DNA from: Candidatus Bathyarchaeota archaeon
Lineage (GTDB): Archaea; Thermoproteota; Bathyarchaeia; 40CM-2-53-6; CAVXDP01
Reading direction: 5' to 3'
DNA: 64,000 nt
Assembly (NCBI GenBank): GCA_963760485.1
Contig: CAVXDP010000015.1
Span: 137,389-201,388, forward strand
The position numbers were made by a program, and so were the translations under genes. The notes beneath the pieces were generated by a model that saw nothing but the letters and a program-made list of their open reading frames with translations, searched no databases and was not told the DNA's origin. Within the stretch, counting starts at the first letter, position 1, and every line of letters starts with the position of its first letter. Below are positions 19,930 through 30,436 of the stretch, piece after piece.

Positions 19930-22197
19930 TTGCAGTCCACAAGTAGAATAAGCGTAGAAGTGTTTGACGCAGCCTCCGCTCCGGTGCGTATGCAGATTCT
20001 CAAGCTTCTATCTTCGAAAGGGGCGTTTGCCTACACAGAGATAATGTCGTCGATAAAGCTGGATCCGATTAGAGATGCTGGAAAATTCGTCTACCATCTT
20101 AAGAGTCTCGTGGAAGCAGGGCTTTTAGACATTGACAAGGAGACAAAGAAGTACTCAATAACTGAACTGGGAAAGATGGTTGTCGGTTTTGGTAGAGATG
20201 TGGAGGAGTATGTCGCTGTCAAAAAGGGGAGATTACTCGTTAGAACCTCACGTTTCTCCATTGAGGAGTTTGACCGAGACAAGATCAGGGTTTCTCTTGT
20301 TCGCGAGGCAGGCGTCCCACATGAACTTGCGCAGGACTTGGCGGTAGAGGTTGAGGAGCGTCTTCTAAAGTCTAAGACTAGGTACCTCACGGCGCCTCTT
20401 ATACGTGAACTGATAAACTCAATCTTGGTTGAGAAGAAACTCGAGGATTACCGCCATAAACTGACAAGGCTTGGTATGCCAGTCTACGACGTTACTCAAC
20501 TAATGAATGAATCAAGCGATCGATTGCTTGACGTCAACTCGGTCAAGGAATCTGCAGGTTCATCTGTTCTGGAAGAATACGTATTGCTGAATGGGATTCC
20601 GCGAGATGTTGCGGACGCTCATCTCTCAGGCCAACTGTATCTCGGATTTTTAGATGATTGGATCTTGAAACCCGAGGAAGTTCAACATGATCTTCGCTTC
20701 TTCTTCAAGAAAGGATCAGCTATCTTCAATCCTCCACACAGTTTTCAGTCAGGCCTTGCAATATTAGAAAGAGTATCCAACCTTTGCTCTGCGGAAGTCT
20801 CTGGTGATCAATCATTCGATATGTTCAACGTATTCTTCGCGCCGTTCGTGGAGGGCATGAGAAAGGACAAGGTGTCTGAAACTCTCCAGGTCTTCTTTAA
20901 TGGGCTGAATAGATGGCTCGGCTCCAACATATCGAGGTTTCCCATCTCGTTTGGAATAGAACTTGCGGTTCCAAGCTATTTGGAGAAAGTTGATGCCGTT
21001 GGAATCGATGGGAAAATAACTGGAACCTATGGGGACTTTCGAAACGAGACCAAAGCATTGGCTGAAGCGATTATTGATGCAATCCATGATATCGCATCTC
21101 ACCAACTACTGCTCAATCCACGTTTTGTCTTCAAAATAAGGAAAAAGATGTTGAATGACCCAAACTTCGAGCCCTTGATCTCGAGTATCTATAGCTTGGC
21201 TGGGAAATATGCACTGCCGAATCTTGTTATCCTCGAAGACAATACCCGATTATCTTGCACTTCCAGTGGCCTAAAGCTTGGTGACGATTGGAAGGGAGAT
21301 TGGCAAACAAGCTGCATTCGGACGGGGAACCTTGGCACAGTGTTCCTCAACCTACCCAGAATCGCCTATGAAGCTCACAGAGACGACGAGCATATGTTCA
21401 AGATACTCTCAGATACCATGAAGATAACTGTGGAAGCCTTCAAATCAAAACGTGTAGCTATCGGTGACAGGATGAAACAGGGACTCCTTCCAGTACTATC
21501 AAACACATTTGACAGTTCTCCATATTTCTTTCAAAACAATGGATCATATTCGATGAGTTACGTTGGATTGACCGAGGCAGTAAAGTACCACACAGGAGGC
21601 GAACTGTACAAAGACGACAGTGCAATGAAGTTTGCATCAACAATCCTGTCGAAGATAACTCAGGAGGCGAAAACAATTTCCGAGGAATTGGAAATGCGCC
21701 TGCAAATCGCGCAAAGACCTGGTGATGACGCCGCAACTAGACTCGCTGAACTCGACATGGAGAAGTATGGTCGAGCCACGACTGTGGTTGAGGGTACCCG
21801 CAGTCACCCTTGCTACACGGAGCTTACGGTTCTACCCGCGTCAGTTAAGATTCTGATTCGAGACAGAGCACGAGTAGAGAGCAGGTTCCAAGCAGCGACC
21901 CCGGGAGGACACTTGCTTCCTGTGAATCTAACGCCCAAAGAGCATGACTCACGAACTATTCATAAGCTTAGTTCAGAGGTCCTATCTGAGAATATCCTGT
22001 GTTTCACCTACGCAAACACCTTCTCTTATTGTAGGGGCTGCGGAGATTATGCCGTAGGAATCACTTCAAAATGCCCCAGATGCAACTCCACATTGATCAC
22101 CCACGTAGGACGATGCTCTGCAACTTACGAACCGTTCGCCATATGGCCCGAGGCGAAAAGAAGGACTGTTGAGAAAAGGGTTTGCTATCCCTCATAG
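19930..22197 (+). CDS. NrdD-like (class III anaerobic ribonucleotide reductase family) protein with N-terminal ArsR-like wHTH, ATP-cone and C-terminal Zn ribbon. No recognisable glycyl-radical RxCGY motif
   Basis: The N-terminus has a wHTH (ILKLLSSKGAFAYTEIMSSIKLD...YHLKSLVEAGLL). An ATP-cone follows (VRTSRFSIEEFDRDKIRVSLVREAG...). An NrdD-like HLSGQLYLGFLDD segment is present, and the C-terminus has CRGC...CPRC. Where RVCGY is expected the sequence reads GRCSATYEP, and the protein ends ...EKRVCYPS. Confidence 0.55.
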   Translation: MQSTSRISVEVFDAASAPVRMQILKLLSSKGAFAYTEIMSSIKLDPIRDAGKFVYHLKSLVEAGLLDIDKETKKYSITELGKMVVGFGRDVEEYVAVKKGRLLVRTSRFSIEEFDRDKIRVSLVREAGVPHELAQDLAVEVEERLLKSKTRYLTAPLIRELINSILVEKKLEDYRHKLTRLGMPVYDVTQLMNESSDRLLDVNSVKESAGSSVLEEYVLLNGIPRDVADAHLSGQLYLGFLDDWILKPEEVQHDLRFFFKKGSAIFNPPHSFQSGLAILERVSNLCSAEVSGDQSFDMFNVFFAPFVEGMRKDKVSETLQVFFNGLNRWLGSNISRFPISFGIELAVPSYLEKVDAVGIDGKITGTYGDFRNETKALAEAIIDAIHDIASHQLLLNPRFVFKIRKKMLNDPNFEPLISSIYSLAGKYALPNLVILEDNTRLSCTSSGLKLGDDWKGDWQTSCIRTGNLGTVFLNLPRIAYEAHRDDEHMFKILSDTMKITVEAFKSKRVAIGDRMKQGLLPVLSNTFDSSPYFFQNNGSYSMSYVGLTEAVKYHTGGELYKDDSAMKFASTILSKITQEAKTISEELEMRLQIAQRPGDDAATRLAELDMEKYGRATTVVEGTRSHPCYTELTVLPASVKILIRDRARVESRFQAATPGGHLLPVNLTPKEHDSRTIHKLSSEVLSENILCFTYANTFSYCRGCGDYAVGITSKCPRCNSTLITHVGRCSATYEPFAIWPEAKRRTVEKRVCYPS

Positions 22198-22206
22198 AAC
22201 CGTCGT

Positions 22207-23394
22207 CTATCGGGTAGCCGCTAGCGCTACGACCGCCAGAATCGCCATTATTCCTCCATACATGAAAGTTACGTTTGGAGAGATAGCACTCCAAAGAAGT
22301 CCAGCGATAATGCTTGCAGGCAAATCGGCAATTCCATTGATGGTATGCAACGTGCCGTAGCCGGTACCTCGAAGGTCAGCTTGAACAAGGTCGGCGGTGT
22401 ACGCTCTCTCTAGGGTGTCAACAGAAGCCGAAAAGAAACCAGCAAGAACAAACAATCCAGCAATCATGAAGATATCACTGGTTACAAACATGAACCCGAA
22501 ACACGCTAACCCAAACGCAAAGTAACCAACACCTAGCAGTACACGCTTACCAATCCTATCGCTCAATACACCTATTGGAAGAGATGACGCCGCGTAGATT
22601 ACGTTCATCAATGCATAAAGGAGGATTGTGATTTGTAAAGCGGCGATGCTGCCAAACTTCGGAGTCAACAGGATATTTGTATTCAATATGAAGAAGGCGT
22701 TACTGAAATTACCCAGACCAAATACTAGCACGGCCAGCAACAACTTCTTGAATTTGCTCGGGAAAGTTTTCATCCCTACATCCAGCCGAAGTTCTTTGAC
22801 AGGGGCCTTCGATTTTTCTTGAACGAAGAATAGTAGGATCGCTACGGAGATTAAACCTGGAACTAGCGACCAAGCGAAGACGCCGCGATAAAGATAGACT
22901 GGAAGGAGGACAAAAGCCAGTGCGGGGCCTACAACAGCACCCGCAGTGTCTAATGCACGATGAAGGCCGAACGTACGTCCCGTTCTAGAAGATGAGGTTG
23001 AATCTGCAATCAAAGCATCCCTCGGTGCCGTTCTAATCCCTTTGCCAACCCTGTCAAAGAACCTGAGGCCTAGTACCTGAGGCCAACTGTTGGAGATAGC
23101 AATAAGTGGTTTAACTGAGGTTGAGAGACCGTATCCTAGCGTAGTAAGAGGTTTTCGTTTGCCTGTTCGATCACTTAACCAGCCAGATACAACTTTCAGT
23201 AGACTAGATGTTGAGTCACTTACTCCTTCAATTGTGCCTAGTATCGCAGCAGAAGCTCCCAGTTCGGAGACAAGGAACATAGGTAGAATCGCAACGATCA
23301 TCTCTGTACTGATATCCGTGAAGAGACTGACTAGGCCCAGTGCAAGAACGTTCATCGATACTCCAAGAACCATGTTGTTCCTAGAATTGGACAA
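22207..23394 (-). CDS. MFS (major facilitator superfamily) transporter
   Basis: The 395-aa product has 12 predicted TM helices and MFS-like loop motifs (GWLSDRTGKRKPL; DRIGKRV). Confidence 0.75.
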   Translation of the reverse strand: MSNSRNNMVLGVSMNVLALGLVSLFTDISTEMIVAILPMFLVSELGASAAILGTIEGVSDSTSSLLKVVSGWLSDRTGKRKPLTTLGYGLSTSVKPLIAISNSWPQVLGLRFFDRVGKGIRTAPRDALIADSTSSSRTGRTFGLHRALDTAGAVVGPALAFVLLPVYLYRGVFAWSLVPGLISVAILLFFVQEKSKAPVKELRLDVGMKTFPSKFKKLLLAVLVFGLGNFSNAFFILNTNILLTPKFGSIAALQITILLYALMNVIYAASSLPIGVLSDRIGKRVLLGVGYFAFGLACFGFMFVTSDIFMIAGLFVLAGFFSASVDTLERAYTADLVQADLRGTGYGTLHTINGIADLPASIIAGLLWSAISPNVTFMYGGIMAILAVVALAATR

Positions 23395-23522
23395 GCTAGT
23401 CTAACAACCCAGTTACGTTGAGAAACTCGTCTTCAATAAAACTTTATTCGAACCAACGGTTCCTATGAGACGAGAAGGCGGGTGAGGGGTCTTCCACCTG
23501 TTCCGCCCTAGAAATCCCGGAG

Positions 23523-24053
23523 TTGGAAGGATCATTGAGAACGAAATCGATAATGTTGACGGCTGCCTTTGCAGCTCTCTACGCAGTTATTGTTTTCATA
23601 TTCTCGGGAATAAGTTTCGCAGTCTTTCAGGTGCGCGTCGCCGACGCATTGATCCCACTTTCAATCATTTTTGGATGGCCGGTGGTGTGTGGAGTTACTA
23701 TAGGCTGTGCGATAGCAAACGTAGTTAGTCCACTTCCGAGTATTGCAGCGGACATAACTTTCGGTTCTGTTGCTAACTTCATTGCAAGCCTACTCGCTTG
23801 GAGAATCAGCTTGTTGAAACGAGGGAGAGTCGGCGAGCTGTTCGGATGTCTTGTGTCCATTGTGATCGTTACATTCGTCGTAGGAACATACTTGGCTGTC
23901 ATTACTGCAATGAGTTATTGGGTATGGTGGGCTGCAATTGGCGTCGGCTCAATCGTAAGCATAGGATTCCTTGGATTCGCACTTGTCAGTATCCTGAGAG
24001 GCCTAAGAACTCGAAATCCGTCTGCCAAAGCAATTTGTCGATCTAAAGTTTGA
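23523..24053 (+). CDS. Small polytopic membrane protein, possibly an ECF-transporter S component
   Basis: The 176-aa product has 5-6 TM helices. Resemblance to QueT/ECF S components is by pattern only. Confidence 0.35.
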   Translation: MEGSLRTKSIMLTAAFAALYAVIVFIFSGISFAVFQVRVADALIPLSIIFGWPVVCGVTIGCAIANVVSPLPSIAADITFGSVANFIASLLAWRISLLKRGRVGELFGCLVSIVIVTFVVGTYLAVITAMSYWVWWAAIGVGSIVSIGFLGFALVSILRGLRTRNPSAKAICRSKV

Positions 24054-24103
24054 TCAACTACTACTGTAGATCCTCAAAGTAACCAGATTGCTAGGATGAA
24101 CGC

Positions 24104-24412
24104 ATGAACAGAATATCGATACTGGTGGACAAGAAGATGGCTGCATATCTCGAGTTGCCGAAGAACATAGGCATCTCGGTGGCGTCGGGGAGAAATGACG
24201 CAGTACGCAGATTCAAAAGGCTGCGTTGTGATAATGACATTTCAATTATCATGGTTTCTAGAAGAGTCTTGGATTGGATAGAACAGCCCCTGTCGATGTG
24301 CACTGAGCAAGGCGGATGTCCGTTTGTTGTATCTCTTATCAACAAGGGTGGCCCAAGGACCCAGGCTAGACATGTTTCAAGGTTACTGGGAAAAATTGTT
24401 GAATCAACCTAG
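24104..24412 (+). CDS. V-type ATPase subunit F-like paralog
   Basis: ISILVDKKMAAYLEL...IGISVAS...DISIIMVSRRVLDWIEQ aligns with the bona fide AtpF at 63410 (VAIIADKYLATGFRLAGV...YDIIIMTEKLAMALKRE). It stands alone next to the P-type ATPase. Confidence 0.4.
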   Translation: MNRISILVDKKMAAYLELPKNIGISVASGRNDAVRRFKRLRCDNDISIIMVSRRVLDWIEQPLSMCTEQGGCPFVVSLINKGGPRTQARHVSRLLGKIVEST

Positions 24413-27194
24413 GGTCGCCGGCTAGTTCTCTTTTTGTCAACAGATATACTTGAAGCGGTGATTCGAGTCAGGTGCTTTCGAACCTCCTCGGCTACTAGTG
24501 GAAGAGGCGCGAGTAGGAGGAGAACCGCCCAGTTTTGGATTGTTAGTGGATACGTTCCAAAAATGGTCTGGAGAGGAGGAAGGTAGACGATTCCAGATAA
24601 TATTATGATTTGGGATGCAATCCCGAACCAGATCCACTTGTTACTGAAGGGCTTCACCTCTGAAATTGACGTTCTTCCAGTTCTACACGCAAACAGGTTC
24701 GCAGATTGCGCCACGACGATTCCAGCAAGGGTCATCGTGGTCCCCTGCCGATAAACTGGGTTATCTGAAGCTAGTCCCAACCCAAATCTCCATCCTCCAG
24801 CAATCCAAACAAGGAAACAACCAGTCAAGGACACTAGAGACACGAATATTCCAAGGAAAAGAGATCTTGCGATCGTTTTGGAATCGAAGAGTCTTTCTTT
24901 TGGACTTCGTGGAGGTCTATTCATGATGTGAGGTTCTGGGGGTTCGATGCTCAAGGCCAATGATGGAATGACCTCTATACCCAAATCGATTGCAAGAACT
25001 TGAGTGACAAGTAGTGGGAGTGGGATTCCGACTAGGACAAAAAGCAGGTAAGGTATCAGTTCGGCCCAGTTGTGCGCGAAGACATACGTTATGAACTTTC
25101 GTATGTTGTCATAGATTGCTCTGCCGCCTTCGATAGCCTTTGAGATCGATGCAAAACTATCGTCAAGCAAGATCATATCCGCAGATTCTCTTGCAACATC
25201 GGTGCCAGCCACACCCATCGCTACACCTATGTCCGCTTTCTTCAAAGAGGGCGCGTCGTTGGCTCCATCACCTGTGACCGCGACAATCTCTCCCATCGAC
25301 TTGAGTAGGGACACGATCCGCATCTTGTGTTCTGGCGTTGCTCTTGCAAAGATTATTTCTCCGGCATCAATCTGCCTGATCAAGTCGGGCTCAGTGAGTT
25401 TGTCCAGTTGGGCTCCAGTCAATACCGTACATTTTTCCGTCTCAACGATCCCTACTTGTCGGGCTATCGTGAGTGCGGTAGGTCCATAATCTCCCGTAAT
25501 CAAGATGACCCTTATGCCCGCCTTCTTCGCGTCCATGACGGCTTTTCTAACCTCGGGTCTGGGCGGGTCTAGGATTCCAAGAAGACCAATGAATACAAGA
25601 TCTGTTTCAACGGTATCGACATTCCATTCATGCAAGTCGGGTGGTAGTTTCCGATAGGCCACTGCCAGAACGCGGAGACCCTCCTCACCAAGTCTCCTTT
25701 TTTCAAGATTTATCTGATCAATATCTTCCTGAGCTAATGGGTGCACCTCAGACCCGTCAAGAACATGGGAACAGACATTGAGTGTCTCTTTTGGAGCTCC
25801 TTTGACGTAGGCGATGTTGCCGTCCTTTGTCTTGTGAATTGAAGACATCCTTTTTCTTATGGATTCGAATGGCAAGAGTTTGACTAATGGTGCATCAACT
25901 AGTTCGTTCTGCACGTTCAAATCCATCTTCAACGCCAATGTCAGAAGCGAGCCTTCAGTCGGGTCTCCAAGTACTCGCCACTGGCCACTTGTATCCGTAG
26001 GTGGAATCAGTTTCGAACTATTGCAGAGCGACGATGCCTTGAGGAGTATTTCTACACCTTTTCTCTCGCCGAGCTCTAGTTTCCGATCTCCAATGAGTAG
26101 TTCTCCTGATGGGCCGTAACCCTCGCCGGTCACGTCAATCGTTTCACCATCTATCCAGATCTTCTTGACTGTCATTTCTCCTTTGGTTATTGTTCCCGTC
26201 TTGTCGGTGCAGATCACTGTGGTGCTGCCGAGAGTCTCCACTGCTGAAAGCCTCTTGACTAGAACATTCTGCCGGGCGAGTCGAACAACTCCGAGGGCTA
26301 GCGCGGTTGACACAGTAACCTGCAAACCCTCTGGAACACATGCAACCATGACGCCTATCATGAAAAGGAATCCTGTTAGTGCATTCATGTGGAACCAGAG
26401 TGTATCCACCATGAAGAATAGTACCCCAACAGTGATCGCGATCACAAAGTCGATCTTGCGGCGTGCGATATCTGGTTCTGAAGTGGACTAACCGTATCTT
26501 CTATTGACTCGCTCATACCGGCAATTTTTCCAAATTGAGTTCTCATTCCGGTGTCATACACAACCGCTCTTCCAAAGCCCGACGCCACGGTGACTCCCAT
26601 GAACACAAGGTTCGTTACGTCGAGCCAACTTGCGGTTTCTGCCTGCATGGGATCAGCGTCTCTGGGTTGCGCCTCCGACTCTCCTGTTAGGGCGACGTTA
26701 TTCGTAGAGAGATCAAAAGCTTCCACAACACGTGCGTCTGCTGGAACGCGATCACCTTCATTTAGAATCAGTAAGTCTCCAGGGGCGATATCCTCAGCCT
26801 GGATTACCTTGGTTTCACCGTCCCTTACAACAGTCGCACGAAAAGGCAGGAATCTTTTAAGGGCCTTTACCGCCCTTTCAGCACGATATTCTTGAACGAA
26901 ACTCAATATTGCATTTAGAATAACCACCACAAGAACTGAAATGCCAAACTCAACCATGCCAGTTACGAAAGCCAAAATAGCGGCTATTATCAGGAGAGCG
27001 CTAAAGAGATCTTTGAACTGAGAAAGAAACTTGTTGAGAGCTGCTGCCCGCTTTGGTTCAGACAGCCGGTTCGGGCCGTACTCCTGCAGTCTCTTTTGAG
27101 CTTCGTCTTCTGTTAATCCTGTTGATCTTGTCTCTAACCTCTTGAGTACATCTGAAACCGGCCATGTATAGATTGGCAAAGAGTCCTTCACCAC
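24409..27194 (-). CDS. P-type cation-transporting ATPase (about 925 aa), split into two ORFs (26442..27194 N-terminal, 24409..26445 C-terminal), consistent with a single-base indel near 26445-26470
   Basis: The N-terminal ORF carries TGES (NVALTGESEAQP) and the TPLQ-like SPLQNQI segment. The C-terminal ORF carries PEGL, DKTGTIT, TGDGANDAPSL and GVAGTDVA. The ORFs overlap by 4 nt in different frames. Confidence 0.8.
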
Positions 27195-27377
27195 TCAAGG
27201 AAGGGAACCAGTTAGACTTCAGACGCGCTACCCTCGCAAGGAAAACGGGAACTCAAACTGGCTTTAAAAGTCTCTGTCTGAGAAACCGTGAAGGAAGCTT
27301 CTGGCAATAGGTCAGTGCGGCAGCTCAAGGATATCACGGAGAACATCGCGTCTCTGTCTGTCGCACGAGCACTTAGC

Positions 27378-27800
27378 TTACCTGCCCTTGTATCGTTTTC
27401 TTTCCGAGTAACCCGAGGATGGAGATTGCGCCTCCGATAGAGAGGATGGCTGAAACTTGAACATGAACGATGCGTTGGCTGTTGAGAAGAGTGCCACTGC
27501 TATGCCTTCGAGGAAGCCAGTAAGTGCTCTGAGGGTGTTTGTACTCTCTCTCAAGGTATACGCTTGGCTGAGCCAATCTAGAGGAGCAGGCAAGGCGAGT
27601 AACAGGCATATCAGCAGTTGATATTGTAGGGAAAGATCCAGAAAGGCTGATGGCTCAATAATCCAGACTAAGGCGATGAATAGAACAAATCCTATGACTG
27701 TTCCACTGCATCGCGCACAGATATTGAGCCGTCTACTGCCGAGAGGTACTGTTATCCAATGGCCATGTCGTATTAGGATGTTCCAATCGAACTGTCCCAT
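27378..27800 (-). CDS. DUF2085-like membrane protein (CxRCxG motif followed by TM helices)
   Basis: The 140-aa product has ICARCSGTVIGFVLFIALV. Family assignment is from memory and tentative. Confidence 0.3.
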   Translation of the reverse strand: MGQFDWNILIRHGHWITVPLGSRRLNICARCSGTVIGFVLFIALVWIIEPSAFLDLSLQYQLLICLLLALPAPLDWLSQAYTLRESTNTLRALTGFLEGIAVALFSTANASFMFKFQPSSLSEAQSPSSGYSERKRYKGR

Positions 27801-27807
27801 CTAGTGG

Positions 27808-28362
27808 TCACTTTAGCTTCTGACCACAGTATGGGCATGTGACAAAGTCTGGCAGAACAGGTTTTCCGCATCCAGTGCATGGTTTACCAGCGACAAAAGG
27901 CTGCTTAATCGGCAATGATGCCCGGAACATCTGTACCCGTGCCCTTGCGGGCAACTGATAGTTGACCCTTATTGAAGTTCCTCCTTCCTCGGTTTCGGTG
28001 AACTCAAAAGATGTTTCGCCTTCGAGTGGGTCAGAAAGCCGGTACAGGCGGGGTGGCAATGATTGTGTTACAGTGAATCTTTCCTTCGGAACTTTTCTTA
28101 GAGAGAAGCGCGAAGGTTTGGTTGTCTCTATGCTCTGTGTTCGCCAATTCTCGACTTCTTTTTTCACGAGTTCGAAAGCTTCATCTGGTTTGTAGGATGT
28201 GAACCAGATATCGCTTTCGCCAGAGGTGGTCGGTCCAGCGGCACCGCGTTGACCTCTTTTCATCAACATTGGCATCATACAGCAGAGAAGCAGCGGGATA
28301 ATCAGCAAAAGCATTTGCAGATTACCTCCGGGCGCTGCTTGAAGCGTGGTTACAGGAAGCAT
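27808..28362 (-). CDS. Membrane-anchored protein with C-terminal zinc ribbon (CTGCGK...CPYCGQ)
   Basis: The 184-aa product has an N-terminal hydrophobic/Cys-rich segment and a C-terminal CxxC...CxxC. Confidence 0.35.
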   Translation of the reverse strand: MLPVTTLQAAPGGNLQMLLLIIPLLLCCMMPMLMKRGQRGAAGPTTSGESDIWFTSYKPDEAFELVKKEVENWRTQSIETTKPSRFSLRKVPKERFTVTQSLPPRLYRLSDPLEGETSFEFTETEEGGTSIRVNYQLPARARVQMFRASLPIKQPFVAGKPCTGCGKPVLPDFVTCPYCGQKLK

Positions 28363-28512
28363 TCATTTCACCTATATACTGTTTAGGAGCGTACCCTACC
28401 ACGGACCTAGATAATAGCTTTCGCTTTCCTATGTTTTGATAATCGAGAAATTGCTTCAGAGACTCTCTTGTGGCAACCACAAGATCGTGACGTATCTGTG
28501 ATATCGAAAAGT

Positions 28513-28815
28513 CTATTCGACCTTGATTCTTATGGCTGAAAGCTTCTTTTCTTTGAGTGGGACTTTGATGTCGAGGAGACCGTTCTTGAAAGATGCCTTT
28601 GCCTTTTCTGGATCGATCTTTTCTGCGGAATGTATGTGCCCCAAGAACTCTATGTCCTCTTTCTCCGCTCTCACGTAGATGACATCGTCGCGCATTCTCA
28701 AGTCAATGTTCTGCTTATCGACTCCAGGGAGGTCAACAGTTACGAGCAGATTCTCCTCGTTGTCATCGAGACAGGCGAAGCTGTCAGGTTGAACTCTAGG
28801 TTTCCTATGTGTCAC
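28513..28815 (-). CDS. Small heat-shock protein (Hsp20/alpha-crystallin family)
   Basis: The 100-aa product has an alpha-crystallin domain pattern (VDLPGVDKQNIDL...FKNGLLDIKVP). Confidence 0.75.
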   Translation of the reverse strand: MTHRKPRVQPDSFACLDDNEENLLVTVDLPGVDKQNIDLRMRDDVIYVRAEKEDIEFLGHIHSAEKIDPEKAKASFKNGLLDIKVPLKEKKLSAIRIKVE

Positions 28816-28876
28816 ACTGAATTACCACTGGTTGATTCTTTGGTGAGATGATGTAGGTTGGTACAGAAAATACGAT

Positions 28877-29107
28877 TCAGGTTTTCAGTTCTCCCACAAT
28901 CGGAACACGTTCCAAAACTTCTTCACCATGAGGTGCATCCTTGAAAATTTCAGTAAGATCTGCGCCGGCTAGATGCTCAAAGTGCATCCCAGAATCCCAG
29001 AGGCTACTTTGAGTAACATCGTAGACTTTTCCATTGTAGGCTACGTAGGCAGGCCTTCCATCCTTGCCATCGAATTGTTTCAACTCCTCAACCGTGAACT
29101 GTCTCAT
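28877..29107 (-). CDS. Cytochrome b5-like heme/steroid-binding domain protein
   Basis: The 76-aa product has FTVEELKQFDGKDGRPAYVAYNGKVYDVT, a cyt-b5-like fold signature. Confidence 0.55.
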   Translation of the reverse strand: MRQFTVEELKQFDGKDGRPAYVAYNGKVYDVTQSSLWDSGMHFEHLAGADLTEIFKDAPHGEEVLERVPIVGELKT

Positions 29108-29178
29108 CAGACCTCCATCTCCAACGCGAATTTTTCATGGCCTAGTGATCTATATCTCCTTTTCTCAATGCGAATTCG

Positions 29179-30399
29179 CTACGCTAATCCACTCAGCAGC
29201 TTCTCTCTAATATCGCTTACATTAGCTTCCATTCTAATCAGTTTCTCAATTCTATCTGCATCCCGCGTGTAGCCAAGGAGTAATGCTCCTACCATTTTGT
29301 CTCCTTTTAGCACGAATTTTCTATATGCATTCTTCTCATTCACGTCGCAAGAAAGAACCTCGTAGTCAGCTGATGGTGGTGATGTCGTTCCAATAGATGT
29401 TAGAGTAAAATCATAGATCTTCTCTGAGTTTGAGCAGACTCCTCCACAGAACGTTTCATGAATCCCAGATATGTTCGATCCAGCGATAGTGCCTTGCTCA
29501 ACAGCGTTGTTCCAACTCGTGTTTAGCCTGTAATCTTTGTATACGACATCATAAGCTTGGGCAACATCGCCTGCTGCATAGATTTCTTCGATATTTGTTT
29601 GCATTCTATCATTGACAACAATTCCTTTATCGATTCTTATTCCGCTATCTTTCAAGAAATCAACGTTTGGTGTAATGCCTATAGATACACCAACTAATTG
29701 GCACGTTATCTCGGTTCCACTTGTTGTGACTACTCCGGAGACAGCGTCGCTTTGCCCAACAAATCTTTCTACTTCTGTGTTGAAGTCGACTTCAATCCCT
29801 TCTTGCTCTAACCTCTTGGCAATGATGTCTGAAGCTATCTGATCGAGCATAGCCGGCCATAGTCTGTCACCTCTGACAAGCAGGTTCACGTCCAATCCTC
29901 TTTCTCGTAGAGACTGTGCCAGATTCAATCCGAGCAAACCGCCACCAACCACGACTGCCCGTTTTGTTCTAGCGACAAACTCTACCATTGTCCGAGCATC
30001 TTCAAGCGTTCGAGTAGTCATTATGCCTTTCAGATTTGAGCCCAGCCATCTTGGCCTTAATGGTTTTCCACCAACCGCTAGTAACAAATTGTCATATGAG
30101 ATCTCTCTGTTGTCGTCCAGCAGAATCAGCTTCTCCTTGGGAAGAACCTTCGTCACAGTTTTCCCAAGGGTTTGCACGACAGCTTTCTCCTCGTAGAAAC
30201 TAGGGGGGTACACCCTTAGATTCTCGGATTTGCATTTGCCAGCTATGAACCTGGAAAGTAGCCTTCGATAGTAGTAGAGCTGTTTTTCATCGGAGATGAC
30301 GTTTATTCTGGATTCAGAATCATGCTTTCTAATAATTTCAGCAGCTCGAATCCCAGCAGGCCCATTACCAACAATTACATGATTTGTCAAGCTAGTCAT
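29179..30399 (-). CDS. FAD-dependent pyridine-nucleotide-disulfide oxidoreductase (NADH oxidase/CoA-disulfide reductase-like)
   Basis: It has an N-terminal GNGPAG dinucleotide fold, a second Rossmann motif VVGGGLLG and AAGDVA near the C-terminal part. Confidence 0.7.
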   Translation of the reverse strand: MTSLTNHVIVGNGPAGIRAAEIIRKHDSESRINVISDEKQLYYYRRLLSRFIAGKCKSENLRVYPPSFYEEKAVVQTLGKTVTKVLPKEKLILLDDNREISYDNLLLAVGGKPLRPRWLGSNLKGIMTTRTLEDARTMVEFVARTKRAVVVGGGLLGLNLAQSLRERGLDVNLLVRGDRLWPAMLDQIASDIIAKRLEQEGIEVDFNTEVERFVGQSDAVSGVVTTSGTEITCQLVGVSIGITPNVDFLKDSGIRIDKGIVVNDRMQTNIEEIYAAGDVAQAYDVVYKDYRLNTSWNNAVEQGTIAGSNISGIHETFCGGVCSNSEKIYDFTLTSIGTTSPPSADYEVLSCDVNEKNAYRKFVLKGDKMVGALLLGYTRDADRIEKLIRMEANVSDIREKLLSGLA

Positions 30400-30436
30400 C
30401 GCTATTCGATTCTTGGAGACTGCGTATCTTCATCAC

